Virus record (IMG/VR): IMGVR_UViG_3300013006_001433
Coordinates: 14,159-78,158 of that record
DNA length: 64,000 nt
Source: a virus
Reading direction: 5' to 3' (one strand)
The translations under genes were made by a program, and so were the position numbers. Positions 19,579-29,167 of the stretch are shown in pieces; within the stretch, counting starts at the first letter, position 1; each line of letters begins with the position of its first letter. Under the pieces are notes generated by a model that ran no database searches, was not told where the DNA came from, and saw nothing but the letters and a program-made list of their open reading frames with translations.

Positions 19579-19845
19579 TTGGTGACTAATAAGAAAAAAT
19601 TTAATTTTCCAGACGCTCTTTTAAAACAAATTGACGAATGCAGTTTTGGCGGATATGTTCTTTTTAATTTCTCAAATAAAGGTGAGCCTCAAGTATTCAC
19701 AAAGTTTGATAATCAAATAAATGCTATGGCACTTTTATATTATTTAAATACTTGGAGTCAAAGCGTAGATCAACTTAACTTAGAAGCCACAACAGATTTA
19801 ATTGCCAGAAAAAATGACGAAGACGACCAAGAAGACGAAGATTAA
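19579..19845 (+). CDS. hypothetical protein with acidic tail
   Basis: 88-aa ORF preceded by GTGTAAA (19567-19573). The start may be the GTG at 19582. Confidence 0.6.
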   Translation: MVTNKKKFNFPDALLKQIDECSFGGYVLFNFSNKGEPQVFTKFDNQINAMALLYYLNTWSQSVDQLNLEATTDLIARKNDEDDQEDED

Positions 19846-19846
19846 C

Positions 19847-19875
19847 TTGACTTTTAATTTTTAATATAGTATCAT
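19847..19875 (+). promoter_or_regulatory. sigma70-type promoter of the dnaB operon
   Basis: TTGACT-17nt-TATCAT. TTG at +5 nt, ATG at +8 nt. Confidence 0.7.
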
Positions 19876-19883
19876 AACTGTTG

Positions 19884-21368
19884 ATGATTTATTCTATTCA
19901 AGTAGAACGACATGTATTAAGTGGCTTAATTAAATATCAAAACCTATTTGCAGAAGTAGATATTTTCTTAAATGATACGGACTTCTTTAATGAAGTTCAT
20001 TCTACTATATATTCTGTTTATAAAAGCATAGCTCATAAAGGCGAAAAAGTAGATAAAGTACTTTTAGCAGAAAAGATTAAAAATCTTGGTATATCTTTTA
20101 AAGACGATATTAACATATTTGACTACATCGAAAACTTGGCGTTCTCTCAAATCACAGAAGAAGCCACGATGAACGCTTGCAAAGAATTAATGAAATTAAG
20201 AATACGTAGAGAGATAATACAAACAGCAGATAAATTAAAATCTTTTATAACAAAAAATGGTGACGACGCAATCGATAAAATCATAGCCGAAGCAGATTCT
20301 ATTTATAATAATAAAATTTCATCTTACATCTCAAAGGACGAGCCAATCAATTTATTTGAAGGAGTCGAGGATATAATTGAAGAATTAGGAAATAATCCCA
20401 AAGAAGACTCTGGTTTAATTACTGGTTATCCAGAGTTTAACAGACTTTATGGTGGTTTAAAAAATGGAAACATTTATGCAATCGTAAGTCGTCCAGGTCA
20501 AGGAAAATCTACTTGGATAAATGACATATGTTTTAATATAGCAAAGAATCCAAAGAACAAAGTAAAAACATTAATTCTAGATACAGAAATGCAGACCTTT
20601 GATATTCAATTAAGAATGGTATCCTCTATATCAGATGTACCCATGTGGTATCTTGAAACTGGAAATTGGCGTAAAAATGAAGACATGACTAAAAAAGTTA
20701 GAGCAGCTTGGGCGCACGTTAAGAATTACGAGCATTATCATTATCACGTTGGCAGTAAAAACATTGATCAAATCTGCTCTATGATTCGTAGATGGTATTT
20801 GTCTAAAGTAGGCAGAGGAAATCAAGCTCTGATTGCTTATGATTACATTAAATTAACTGGAGAAAAGGTTGGGCAGAATTGGGCAGAGCATCAAGCGATT
20901 GGAGATAAGATTGATAAGCTTAAAAGAATTTCAGAAGAAATTAATTGTCCAATCGTGACAGCTATGCAACTCAATAGAACTGGAGAAAACTTTAATAGAA
21001 ACGCTTCAGCAGTTGTTGATGATAGTTCAGCTATTTCATTGTCAGATAGACTACAATGGTTCGCTTCATTCGTAGCGATTTTCAGAAGAAAAACATTAGA
21101 TGAATTAGCTTTGGATGGTCAACAATTTGGAACTCATAAGTTAATTCCAACTAAGACTAGATTCCAAGGTAGAGAAGCAGCTGGTCATCAAGATTTGGTT
21201 AGAAGACTAGATGCTACTGGCAAAGAAACATGGGCGCAAAATTATTTAAATTATAATGTACAAAACTTTAAGATTGAAGAACGAGGATCTTTACATGACA
21301 TCGCCACAAGACAAAGAGAACAGTACCAATTAAATGACCAAAGCGCAAATGATGGAGAATTATTATGA
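19884..21368 (+). CDS. dnaB: DnaB-like replicative helicase
   Basis: N-terminal E..VL..L domain, Walker A SRPGQGKST, DTEM, YDYIKL, QLNR, KTR. Confidence 0.9.
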   Translation: MIYSIQVERHVLSGLIKYQNLFAEVDIFLNDTDFFNEVHSTIYSVYKSIAHKGEKVDKVLLAEKIKNLGISFKDDINIFDYIENLAFSQITEEATMNACKELMKLRIRREIIQTADKLKSFITKNGDDAIDKIIAEADSIYNNKISSYISKDEPINLFEGVEDIIEELGNNPKEDSGLITGYPEFNRLYGGLKNGNIYAIVSRPGQGKSTWINDICFNIAKNPKNKVKTLILDTEMQTFDIQLRMVSSISDVPMWYLETGNWRKNEDMTKKVRAAWAHVKNYEHYHYHVGSKNIDQICSMIRRWYLSKVGRGNQALIAYDYIKLTGEKVGQNWAEHQAIGDKIDKLKRISEEINCPIVTAMQLNRTGENFNRNASAVVDDSSAISLSDRLQWFASFVAIFRRKTLDELALDGQQFGTHKLIPTKTRFQGREAAGHQDLVRRLDATGKETWAQNYLNYNVQNFKIEERGSLHDIATRQREQYQLNDQSANDGELL

Positions 21369-22024
21369 ACGTAAAATTAATATCTATAACTAAACCAGAT
21401 ATTGAAGGACTACAAAATGCAGAAGATTTAGTTGCTTATTGTGCCAGAGTAAGTAATCCATCCAATCAAATGAATTCAGAAAGTGCTCCAAAATTACTTG
21501 GCTTCTTGATTAAACACAAACATTGGAGTCCATTTGAAATGGTTGATATGACGGTTGAAATTAAAACCAGCAGAGCAATTGCAGCGCAAATCTTAAGACA
21601 TAGATCATTTAGTTTTCAAGAATTTAGTCAAAGGTATAGTGTCGCAACAGATTTTGAAGATATTGAATTCAGACTGCAAGGAGATAAAAACCGCCAAGTA
21701 GGTGAGAACTTATTAGACCCAACAGATTTAAGATATGCCGATTTATATACTTCCGTCCAAGAAGCGATAGAAGCTTCAACTATAGCTTACAACAAAATGA
21801 TTCAAGGAGGAGTAGCAAAAGAAGTAGCCCGAATGATTCTTCCATTAACCACAGAGACAACAATGTATATGAAAGGATCTCTTAGAAGCTGGGTTCATTA
21901 TATTGATTTAAGAACAGAAAAGAATACTCAAAAAGAACACAGATTAATCGCAGATGAATGTAAAAGTATTTTTATTAAAAATTTTCCAACTATAAGTGAG
22001 GCATTACAATGGAAAGTGGAGTAA
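21365..22024 (+). CDS. thyX: flavin-dependent thymidylate synthase
   Basis: AYCARVS, HWSPFE, RHRSFSFQEFSQRY signature, KEVARMILP, TQKEH. Confidence 0.96.
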   Translation: MNVKLISITKPDIEGLQNAEDLVAYCARVSNPSNQMNSESAPKLLGFLIKHKHWSPFEMVDMTVEIKTSRAIAAQILRHRSFSFQEFSQRYSVATDFEDIEFRLQGDKNRQVGENLLDPTDLRYADLYTSVQEAIEASTIAYNKMIQGGVAKEVARMILPLTTETTMYMKGSLRSWVHYIDLRTEKNTQKEHRLIADECKSIFIKNFPTISEALQWKVE

Positions 22025-22923
22025 ATATTCACGAAGTGTTAACCAACATAGGTTATTCACTTAAAGATTGTGGAAAAGAATACAGAACAAGACCAATCTA
22101 TAGAGATAGCGATAATGATTCTGTTTTGAGAATTTATAAAGATTCTGGAAACTGGGTCGATTTCAAGGAGAACATAAGTGGGGATTTTGCTACTTTAATT
22201 AAACTCAGCTTAAAACTGGAAACTCAAGATCAAGCGAAAACATGGCTTAAAGAAAAAAACTTTGTTGGAAGTACCGTTCTCAAAGACGAAAAACCAAAGA
22301 TTAAATCTACAAAAACTTTTGATAAAGATTTACTTTTAAAATTAAAAAAAGATCACTCTTATTGGACAAACAGAGGAGTCTCTCAAGAAACTCTAAAGTT
22401 GTTTTTGGGTGGAGTAGCGGATAATGGCAAGATGAAAAATAGATATGTATTTCCAATTCTTAATAGTAAAAAAGATATTGTAGGATTTTCTGGAAGAGAT
22501 TTGAACTCTCAAAGCAAAATCAAATGGAAGCATTTGGGAGAAAAAATCAATTGGTGCTATCCTTTGTTTTTAAACATTGATGATATTCAAAACTCCAAAG
22601 AAGTATTCTTAATAGAAAGCATTGGAGATTGTTTATCTTTGTGGGACGCTGGAATTAAAAATACAATAGTTACTTTCGGATTAGAAGTTAGCGTATCAAT
22701 TTTGAATGTTTTACTAAAAGTAGATCCTACTAAAATTTATATATCATTCAATAATGATCAAGAAAAAAATAGAGCAGGTAATGTTGCAGCAGAAAAAGCT
22801 TATAATAAATTATTAAGATATTTTGATTCGAGACAATTAGAGATTAGATTACCATCCAAGAAAGATTTTGGCGAAATGAACGCCGAAGAAATACTACAAT
22901 GGCAGAAGAAACCAAAAATTTAA
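22009..22923 (+). CDS. DnaG-like primase (TOPRIM) with degenerate zinc-binding domain
   Basis: RYVFPI...VGFSGR, FLIESIGD, SFNND, KDFGE. Close to dnaB. Confidence 0.8.
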   Translation: MESGVNIHEVLTNIGYSLKDCGKEYRTRPIYRDSDNDSVLRIYKDSGNWVDFKENISGDFATLIKLSLKLETQDQAKTWLKEKNFVGSTVLKDEKPKIKSTKTFDKDLLLKLKKDHSYWTNRGVSQETLKLFLGGVADNGKMKNRYVFPILNSKKDIVGFSGRDLNSQSKIKWKHLGEKINWCYPLFLNIDDIQNSKEVFLIESIGDCLSLWDAGIKNTIVTFGLEVSVSILNVLLKVDPTKIYISFNNDQEKNRAGNVAAEKAYNKLLRYFDSRQLEIRLPSKKDFGEMNAEEILQWQKKPKI

Positions 22924-23861
22924 AAGTTCTTTCAGCTTCTAGAATTAAAACCCTTGAAACTTGTTCTTGGGTTTATTGGAATAACTATCATACTAAAGTC
23001 CCGCAATCTCAAAATGATGGAGCTTTAAGAGGAACAATTTGTCATACAGTTTTTGAATTACTTTTAAATAAAAGACACCTTGAGAACTATAATAGAATAA
23101 TTAAAAAGAATGCTATTAATGGAGATAAAGGTGTCGATACTCTAGTTAAAAAATTAGCCAAAAAAGTTAAATTAGATGATAGTAATTATAAACTATTAAA
23201 TGATATGATTTTAGTAGGTTTAAAACATGATTTCTTTGGTCAACACGGAGATATAGTTAAACCAGAATACCCATTTGATATAGAAAGCCAAGAGCCTAAA
23301 TATCGTATTCGAGGCTTTATAGACAAACCCGTTAAAACCAAAAAAGAAATGCATATAATCGACTATAAGAGCTCCAAATACAAGTTTAGGGGTGATGACC
23401 TTGAAGCTAATATTCAAGCCATGATGTATAGTCTAGCAAGTAAGAAATTATGGCCCAAATTAAAGCCTATTGTAAAGTTCTTATTTCTTAGGTTTCCAAA
23501 GCAACCTATTCAAGAGTTGACTTTTACAGACGAACAAATTACTGGTTTTGAACATTATTTAGAGCATATTAATGATTACGTTGATAAATTTGATGAAAAT
23601 TCTGCTAAAGCAAATTTTGCAATAGATAGTGAAAAGAATAAATGGATGTGCAAAATAGGTGGATGGAAATGTCCATATAAAGATCCTTATGAATATTATA
23701 TCAAATTAAATGATAAAGGCGAAATAGTTGAGACAAGTTTAGAGAATGATTTTAAAGATATTAAAGGATTTAAAGTAGAAACTAGAAAATATGAAGGTTG
23801 TCCTAAATGGCCACAAAGCCAAGTCACTAAAAGTAGCGATGATTTTGCTGATTTAAATTAG
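22899..23861 (+). CDS. PD-(D/E)XK exonuclease (RecB/AddB/Cas4-like)
   Basis: SASRI...C, GTICH, E, RGFID, IIDYKS, QAMMY and C-terminal Cys cluster. Confidence 0.85.
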   Translation: MAEETKNLKVLSASRIKTLETCSWVYWNNYHTKVPQSQNDGALRGTICHTVFELLLNKRHLENYNRIIKKNAINGDKGVDTLVKKLAKKVKLDDSNYKLLNDMILVGLKHDFFGQHGDIVKPEYPFDIESQEPKYRIRGFIDKPVKTKKEMHIIDYKSSKYKFRGDDLEANIQAMMYSLASKKLWPKLKPIVKFLFLRFPKQPIQELTFTDEQITGFEHYLEHINDYVDKFDENSAKANFAIDSEKNKWMCKIGGWKCPYKDPYEYYIKLNDKGEIVETSLENDFKDIKGFKVETRKYEGCPKWPQSQVTKSSDDFADLN

Positions 23862-23864
23862 CTA

Positions 23865-23893
23865 TTGACACTAGAATATATATTAATTATAAT
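23865..23893 (+). promoter_or_regulatory. consensus sigma70 promoter of the polymerase operon (predicted leaderless)
   Basis: TTGACA-17nt-TATAAT, then 6 nt, then ATG 23900. Confidence 0.85.
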
Positions 23894-23899
23894 ATCCAA

Positions 23900-24658
23900 A
23901 TGGAAGTACTACCATTATTTAAGTCTCATTTTAGTATTGGAAGATCTATCCTTACTCTTGAAGACGAAGAGAAAGAGGACAATCAGCCAGACTCTATTAT
24001 AGATATTGCTAAAGATAATAATTTAAAAGAAATTAATCTCGTTGAAGATAATATGACTTCGTTTCTGCAAGCTTATACCAATACCAAGAAATATAATATC
24101 AACTTAAGATATGGATTAAGGATTTCTATAAACGATGATATGACTGAAAGATCAGAGGAGTCTCGTCAAAAAACTTCTAAAGTAGTTATATTTTTTAAAA
24201 ACGAACAAGGCTATAAAGATTTAATTAAAATATTTTCAACTGCTGCGAAAGATGGTTTTTATTATGAACCAAGAATAGATTTCAAAACTTTAAAATTATT
24301 ATGGAGCGATAAGAACTTAATATTATGTATTCCATTTTATGATTCTTTTATTTTTAATAACACATTAAGAGGAACAGTTTGTGTGCCAGATTTAGAATTT
24401 ACCAAACCAATATTATTCATTGAAAATAATAGTCTTCCATTTGATCATATCATTAAGGATAAAGTTTTAGCTTATGCCAAAGCTAATAAACTAGAAACTC
24501 TAAATACTAAAAGTATCTACTATAAAAACGGCAAGGATTTTAAAGCATATTTAACCTTCAGATGTATTAATAATCGAACCACTTTAAATAAACCAGAATT
24601 ATCACATATGACCAGTAATCGATTTTCTTTTGAAAGCTTATCCACTAAAAATAAATGA
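23900..24658 (+). CDS. stand-alone PHP domain of DNA polymerase III alpha
   Basis: FKSHFSIGRSIL, KNEQGYKDLIKI.S.A...GFYYEPRID match the DnaE N-terminal PHP domain. Metal ligands largely lost. Confidence 0.8.
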   Translation: MEVLPLFKSHFSIGRSILTLEDEEKEDNQPDSIIDIAKDNNLKEINLVEDNMTSFLQAYTNTKKYNINLRYGLRISINDDMTERSEESRQKTSKVVIFFKNEQGYKDLIKIFSTAAKDGFYYEPRIDFKTLKLLWSDKNLILCIPFYDSFIFNNTLRGTVCVPDLEFTKPILFIENNSLPFDHIIKDKVLAYAKANKLETLNTKSIYYKNGKDFKAYLTFRCINNRTTLNKPELSHMTSNRFSFESLSTKNK

Positions 24659-25173
24659 AAACTATAGAAAAAATTGTTAATGAGTATGGAAATAAAGTTC
24701 GTCAAAGAACAGACAATGAAGACAGAACTCTTGCCTATAGGAATATGCTTTATAATGAAAGTGGACTATACGCAATAGATCAAGACTTGATTTGCGTAAC
24801 ATTTGAAAATAAAATACCAGAAGCTAGAGCAGTATTAGAATTAACCAGAATTGATGATTATACACGCGTGCCTCCGCCAAAATATTTTGAATCAATATTA
24901 ACAAGATATTCTAAAAGAGATCAACAAAAATATATGAGCGTTTGGTTTGCTAATATGTTAAAAGCTCCAGTTTATATTGTTGCTTTCGCAGAAAATCTCA
25001 ACGCATTTCATATGTATAATCTTACGGAAGATAATGGAAATTGGTTCAAGCAAAATAAGTTAGAGCATTTAGAATGGCATTATAATATCAGAGATATGAA
25101 AGTGCCATATCATATATACGAAAAATATGATCAGAATATCTCAACTGATGATCCATTTGCAGATTTAGGATAA
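24655..25173 (+). CDS. hypothetical protein, possibly degenerate PD-(D/E)XK fold
   Basis: IDQD...AVLELT pattern. C-terminus DDPFADLG. Confidence 0.5.
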   Translation: MKTIEKIVNEYGNKVRQRTDNEDRTLAYRNMLYNESGLYAIDQDLICVTFENKIPEARAVLELTRIDDYTRVPPPKYFESILTRYSKRDQQKYMSVWFANMLKAPVYIVAFAENLNAFHMYNLTEDNGNWFKQNKLEHLEWHYNIRDMKVPYHIYEKYDQNISTDDPFADLG

Positions 25174-25174
25174 T

Positions 25175-25813
25175 ATGGACGAACATTTATTAAGATACGA
25201 CAAGAGTAAGACCTTTGTTTTTATTGACTTAGAAACATTTAATCTTTGTTTGAATTTCTGTCACAACTTACCTTGGCAAATTGGAATGATAAAAGCAAAA
25301 GGTGATTATAAAACCGATAGTAAGAATTTTTATATTAAATGGAATACTGATTTAAAAATTAGCGATGATGCAGCGAGAATCACAAGATACGATCATAAGA
25401 AAGTTCAAAAAGAAGGACTCGATATTAAAGAAGCATTTCCTACAATTAAAGATTGGTTAGATCATGCAGATTATATTGTTGGACATAATATTCTTGGTTT
25501 CGATATTTTCCTAATTAAAGAACTATATGAATCTATGGGTTGTCATTGGGATCATTTAATGAACAAAATAATTGATACTAATTGTATAGCCAGAGGAATA
25601 AAGTATGGAACTCCATATAAACCTAATACTGATTTATTAGAATATCAATATAAAACGTATCATACAAAACGAAAAGATATAAAAAGCAGCTTGACATTCC
25701 TTGGTAAAGAGAATAGTATAGATCATGAGTATGATAAATTGCATGATGCAATTAACGATCTTGATCTTAACTTAAAAGTTTGGAATAAGCTAAAGTGGCA
25801 AATTGAGTTATAA
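25175..25813 (+). CDS. DEDDh 3'-5' exonuclease (DnaQ/epsilon-like)
   Basis: ExoI IDLET, ExoII GHNILGFD, IDT, ExoIII LHDAIND. Confidence 0.88.
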   Translation: MDEHLLRYDKSKTFVFIDLETFNLCLNFCHNLPWQIGMIKAKGDYKTDSKNFYIKWNTDLKISDDAARITRYDHKKVQKEGLDIKEAFPTIKDWLDHADYIVGHNILGFDIFLIKELYESMGCHWDHLMNKIIDTNCIARGIKYGTPYKPNTDLLEYQYKTYHTKRKDIKSSLTFLGKENSIDHEYDKLHDAINDLDLNLKVWNKLKWQIEL

Positions 25814-25814
25814 T

Positions 25815-26033
25815 ATGGGATCTTTAGATGATGTATATGACTTGACGCAAAAACTAGAAGATAGTAATATAGAATATCTTCTAATAACTGTTCAAAAAGG
25901 TAAAAAGCAAGGAAAAGCAGATGTATTTTTTCACTTAAAAGATAAGTCTTCCATGAGAATCTTAGCTACTGGATTAGCGGCTTTTGATAAACAAATAGAT
26001 AAAATACAAAGAGAGGAAGAAGATGACGAATAA
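25815..26033 (+). CDS. small hypothetical protein
   Basis: ORF bridging the exonuclease and dnaE genes. ATG at 25815. Confidence 0.55.
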   Translation: MGSLDDVYDLTQKLEDSNIEYLLITVQKGKKQGKADVFFHLKDKSSMRILATGLAAFDKQIDKIQREEEDDE

Positions 26034-28584
26034 AGATTTTAATAGTTTATTTGATCAAGTGGATCTACCTCTTTATGGAGTAAGACTTCCAGAATTTAAA
26101 ATAGATAATGAATATAAGCATGACTTAGAAGTAAGTGAAGATGTATCAAATTATGAATTCCTGAGAGCATTAGCTTTAAAAGGATTTAAAAAATTAAATC
26201 TTAAGAAAGATTCTGATTTATATAAAAAATATATTGAAAGAGCAAAGTACGAATTAGAAACTCTTAAAGAATTAGAGTTTATTGATTATATTATTTTGGT
26301 TTGGAGTGTTATTGATTATTGCAATAAGAACAACATTCCAGTTGGATTAGGTAGAGGTTCAGCAGCTGGTTCTCTTATACTATATCTAATTGGAGTTACT
26401 CAAATTGATCCAGTTAAATATGATCTTTATTTTGAAAGATTTATATCTAAGATTAGAGCCAAAAAGCAAGTTGTTGATGGAGTGACCTATTTAGATGGTA
26501 GTTTAATGTGTGACGTAGATTTGGATATTTGTTATTATAATAGGCATAAAGTTCTACAATACCTAGAAGAACAATTCAAAGGTAAGACTAGTAAAATTTT
26601 GACATTAAATACATTAAGTGGAAAACTCTTAATTAAGGAGTGCGGAAAAATCGTTGGAGAAAAATCAGAACAAGAGATGACAGAAGTATCATCCATGATT
26701 CCAAAGATTTTCGGACAAGTTAAAGATATTACAACAGCTTTTGACGAAGTTCCTAAATTTAAAGAATGGTGCGAATCTAATAAAGATATTTATGCCGTTG
26801 CTCTTAAACTAAGAAACTTAATCAAAAATAAGGGCGTTCATCCATCTGGAGTTTTGTTATCTTATAATGATTTAGAAAAATCTTGTCCAACTGAATTATC
26901 TGGAGACAAAGAAGCGGTATCAAGTTTTGATATGAGTTGGGTTTCATTATTTAATATTAAACTTGATATTCTAGGCTTAAGAAGCGTTTCTGTAGTAGAT
27001 GATGTTTGTAAAAGTATTGGTAAAAAAATAACCGATATTGACTTGAATGATGAGTCTATTTATAGAAATCTACAAGACCTAAGAAATCCTCATGGCCTAT
27101 TTCAAATTGAAGCAGAAACTAATTTTAAAGTTTGTCAAAAAGTTAAGCCTAAGAACCTAGAAGAATTAAGTGGAGTTTTAGCTTTAGCTAGACCTGGAGC
27201 TTTGCAATTTGCTGATAAATATGCTGCTCATACTAATTTTCAACAATCTGAAAGCATCCATCCATTCTTCGATGACATATTAAAAGATACTGGTGGAGTA
27301 GCTTTGTATCAAGAGCAATTAATGAAGATGGCTCATAAAATTGGCTTCACCTTAGATGAAGCAGAAATTTTAAGAAGAATTGTAGGTAAAAAGAAAACCG
27401 AAGAAATTAAAGCTTGGAAAAAGAAGATCGAAGATAAGATTAAAGAAAATAAACTTCCAAAAGAAGTAGGGGAAATCTTATGGAAAATCTTGGAGGATTC
27501 AGCAAACTATTCATTTAATAAATCACATTCAATCGCTTATGCAGCTTTAGCCGCGATTACTATTTATTTAAAGTTCAACTATCCTCAACAATTCTTTTTA
27601 TCTCTACTAAAGATGACTAGAAATGAACCAGATCCAATTGGTGAAATATCTAAAATTCAAAAAGAAATGGGTCACTTCGATATTAAATTATTAAAACCTC
27701 ATATCATTAAATCTCAGATGGATTTTTCAATAGAAGGTTCTGATATTAGATTTGGATTATTATCAATTAAAGGTATTTCAGATAAGTCAATTGAGAAGTT
27801 AAATGGATTTAGAAACAAGTACTCTAATAAGTTTGAAATTTTTCAAGCAGCAGAAGAAGCAGATCTTAACATCGGAGTATTATGTTCGTTGATTCAAGCT
27901 GGAGCTTTAACTGGATTTAAACAATCTAGAAGTAAAATAGTATTAGAAGCTCAACTTTGGAATATATTAACATCAAAAGAAAAGAAATATGCAATTTCAT
28001 TTGCCGAACAATTTGATTATGATCTTATTAGAATCATTAAACATTTAAATACATTTACTGATGAAAAGAATAAAGTTATAATTAAGAGCTCTAGATTAGA
28101 TACAATTAAAACTAAATACGAACCCTACCTTAAAATATACAATCAAAATAGCAAGAGCGAAAGTTTTGCTAATTGGTATTATGAAAAAAGACTTTTGGGC
28201 TATACTTACGAAAGAACATTAAAAGATATCTTTAACGAAAAGAGAGAAGATTTATTATTTATTGATGAAATTATGGATTTGCCAGTAAATCAAAAAGTAG
28301 CATTAGTTGGAGAAGTTACTGATGTACATTCTGGTATATCAAAGAACGAGAAGAAAACCAAATATCTAAGACTTAAAGTTTCAGATGAATCTGGCGATAT
28401 TACTGTATTATTATTTAATGATAAGATAGAAAATTGCAAAACTTTGAATGGAAATAAGAATCCAGAGGAAAAGAATATTGTAATAGTCAAAGGTATTAAA
28501 AAAGAAGACTGTGTATTTGCTGACTTAGTAGCTGTTCAAGATCATCAAATATATATGAAATTAAGCGAAATTAAAAAGATTTGA
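26023..28584 (+). CDS. dnaE: DNA polymerase III alpha (family C) catalytic subunit lacking the PHP domain
   Basis: GLGRGSAAGSL, FERF, CDVDLD, GVHPSG, KLDILG, YQEQLM, YSFNKSH, IRFGL..IKG, C-terminal OB fold. Confidence 0.93.
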   Translation: MTNKDFNSLFDQVDLPLYGVRLPEFKIDNEYKHDLEVSEDVSNYEFLRALALKGFKKLNLKKDSDLYKKYIERAKYELETLKELEFIDYIILVWSVIDYCNKNNIPVGLGRGSAAGSLILYLIGVTQIDPVKYDLYFERFISKIRAKKQVVDGVTYLDGSLMCDVDLDICYYNRHKVLQYLEEQFKGKTSKILTLNTLSGKLLIKECGKIVGEKSEQEMTEVSSMIPKIFGQVKDITTAFDEVPKFKEWCESNKDIYAVALKLRNLIKNKGVHPSGVLLSYNDLEKSCPTELSGDKEAVSSFDMSWVSLFNIKLDILGLRSVSVVDDVCKSIGKKITDIDLNDESIYRNLQDLRNPHGLFQIEAETNFKVCQKVKPKNLEELSGVLALARPGALQFADKYAAHTNFQQSESIHPFFDDILKDTGGVALYQEQLMKMAHKIGFTLDEAEILRRIVGKKKTEEIKAWKKKIEDKIKENKLPKEVGEILWKILEDSANYSFNKSHSIAYAALAAITIYLKFNYPQQFFLSLLKMTRNEPDPIGEISKIQKEMGHFDIKLLKPHIIKSQMDFSIEGSDIRFGLLSIKGISDKSIEKLNGFRNKYSNKFEIFQAAEEADLNIGVLCSLIQAGALTGFKQSRSKIVLEAQLWNILTSKEKKYAISFAEQFDYDLIRIIKHLNTFTDEKNKVIIKSSRLDTIKTKYEPYLKIYNQNSKSESFANWYYEKRLLGYTYERTLKDIFNEKREDLLFIDEIMDLPVNQKVALVGEVTDVHSGISKNEKKTKYLRLKVSDESGDITVLLFNDKIENCKTLNGNKNPEEKNIVIVKGIKKEDCVFADLVAVQDHQIYMKLSEIKKI

Positions 28585-28609
28585 CATTTTATTAAACATA
28601 ATATATCAT
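28581..28609 (+). promoter_or_regulatory. sigma70-type promoter (predicted leaderless)
   Basis: TTGACA-17nt-TATCAT, then 6 nt, then ATG 28616. Confidence 0.8.
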
Positions 28610-28615
28610 CACTAT

Positions 28616-29167
28616 ATGATATCATTCTACAAACCTAATAGTAAAAATACTGGAACCGCTTGCAGTTTCACAGTAAATTCAAAAGACGCTTCTATTTGGA
28701 GCTCATTAATTAAACAATCTTCTTGGAATGAAGCTAAGAAAATTGGCTCATTTTCTGAAAATCAAAATAATCCAAACAAAAGTGTTAAGATCAAGTTTTC
28801 TTTAACAGAAGCTGCTGGTCTTCTAGACGCTCTTGAAAGAAATACCGAATTTTCTGCATATCACACATCAGAAAAACAATCTACACAAATTAAATTATCT
28901 CCATATATTAGAGAAGATAAACAAGTTGGATTCTCTTACATGGTATCTAAAACAGATAAACAAAATAGTGAAAATAAACAATCATATTTAATTGGTTTTT
29001 ATTTCAATGAGGCTCGCTTGCTAAAGCAATTTTTATCTTATGCATTAGATTCCGTTTTTGAATGTCAAAGAATAGAAACAATTAAAAAACTTAAAAACTC
29101 TAAAAAAGAAGATAACGACGAAAATCAAAACGATGCCAAAACTGATAATGATGGCGAACTTTGGTAA
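28616..29167 (+). CDS. hypothetical protein, possible Whirly/PC4-like ssDNA-binding protein
   Basis: Two beta-rich repeats each ending in x-F-x-x-x-EA (KFSLTEA / GFYFNEA) and an acidic tail ending NDGELW. Confidence 0.45.
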   Translation: MISFYKPNSKNTGTACSFTVNSKDASIWSSLIKQSSWNEAKKIGSFSENQNNPNKSVKIKFSLTEAAGLLDALERNTEFSAYHTSEKQSTQIKLSPYIREDKQVGFSYMVSKTDKQNSENKQSYLIGFYFNEARLLKQFLSYALDSVFECQRIETIKKLKNSKKEDNDENQNDAKTDNDGELW

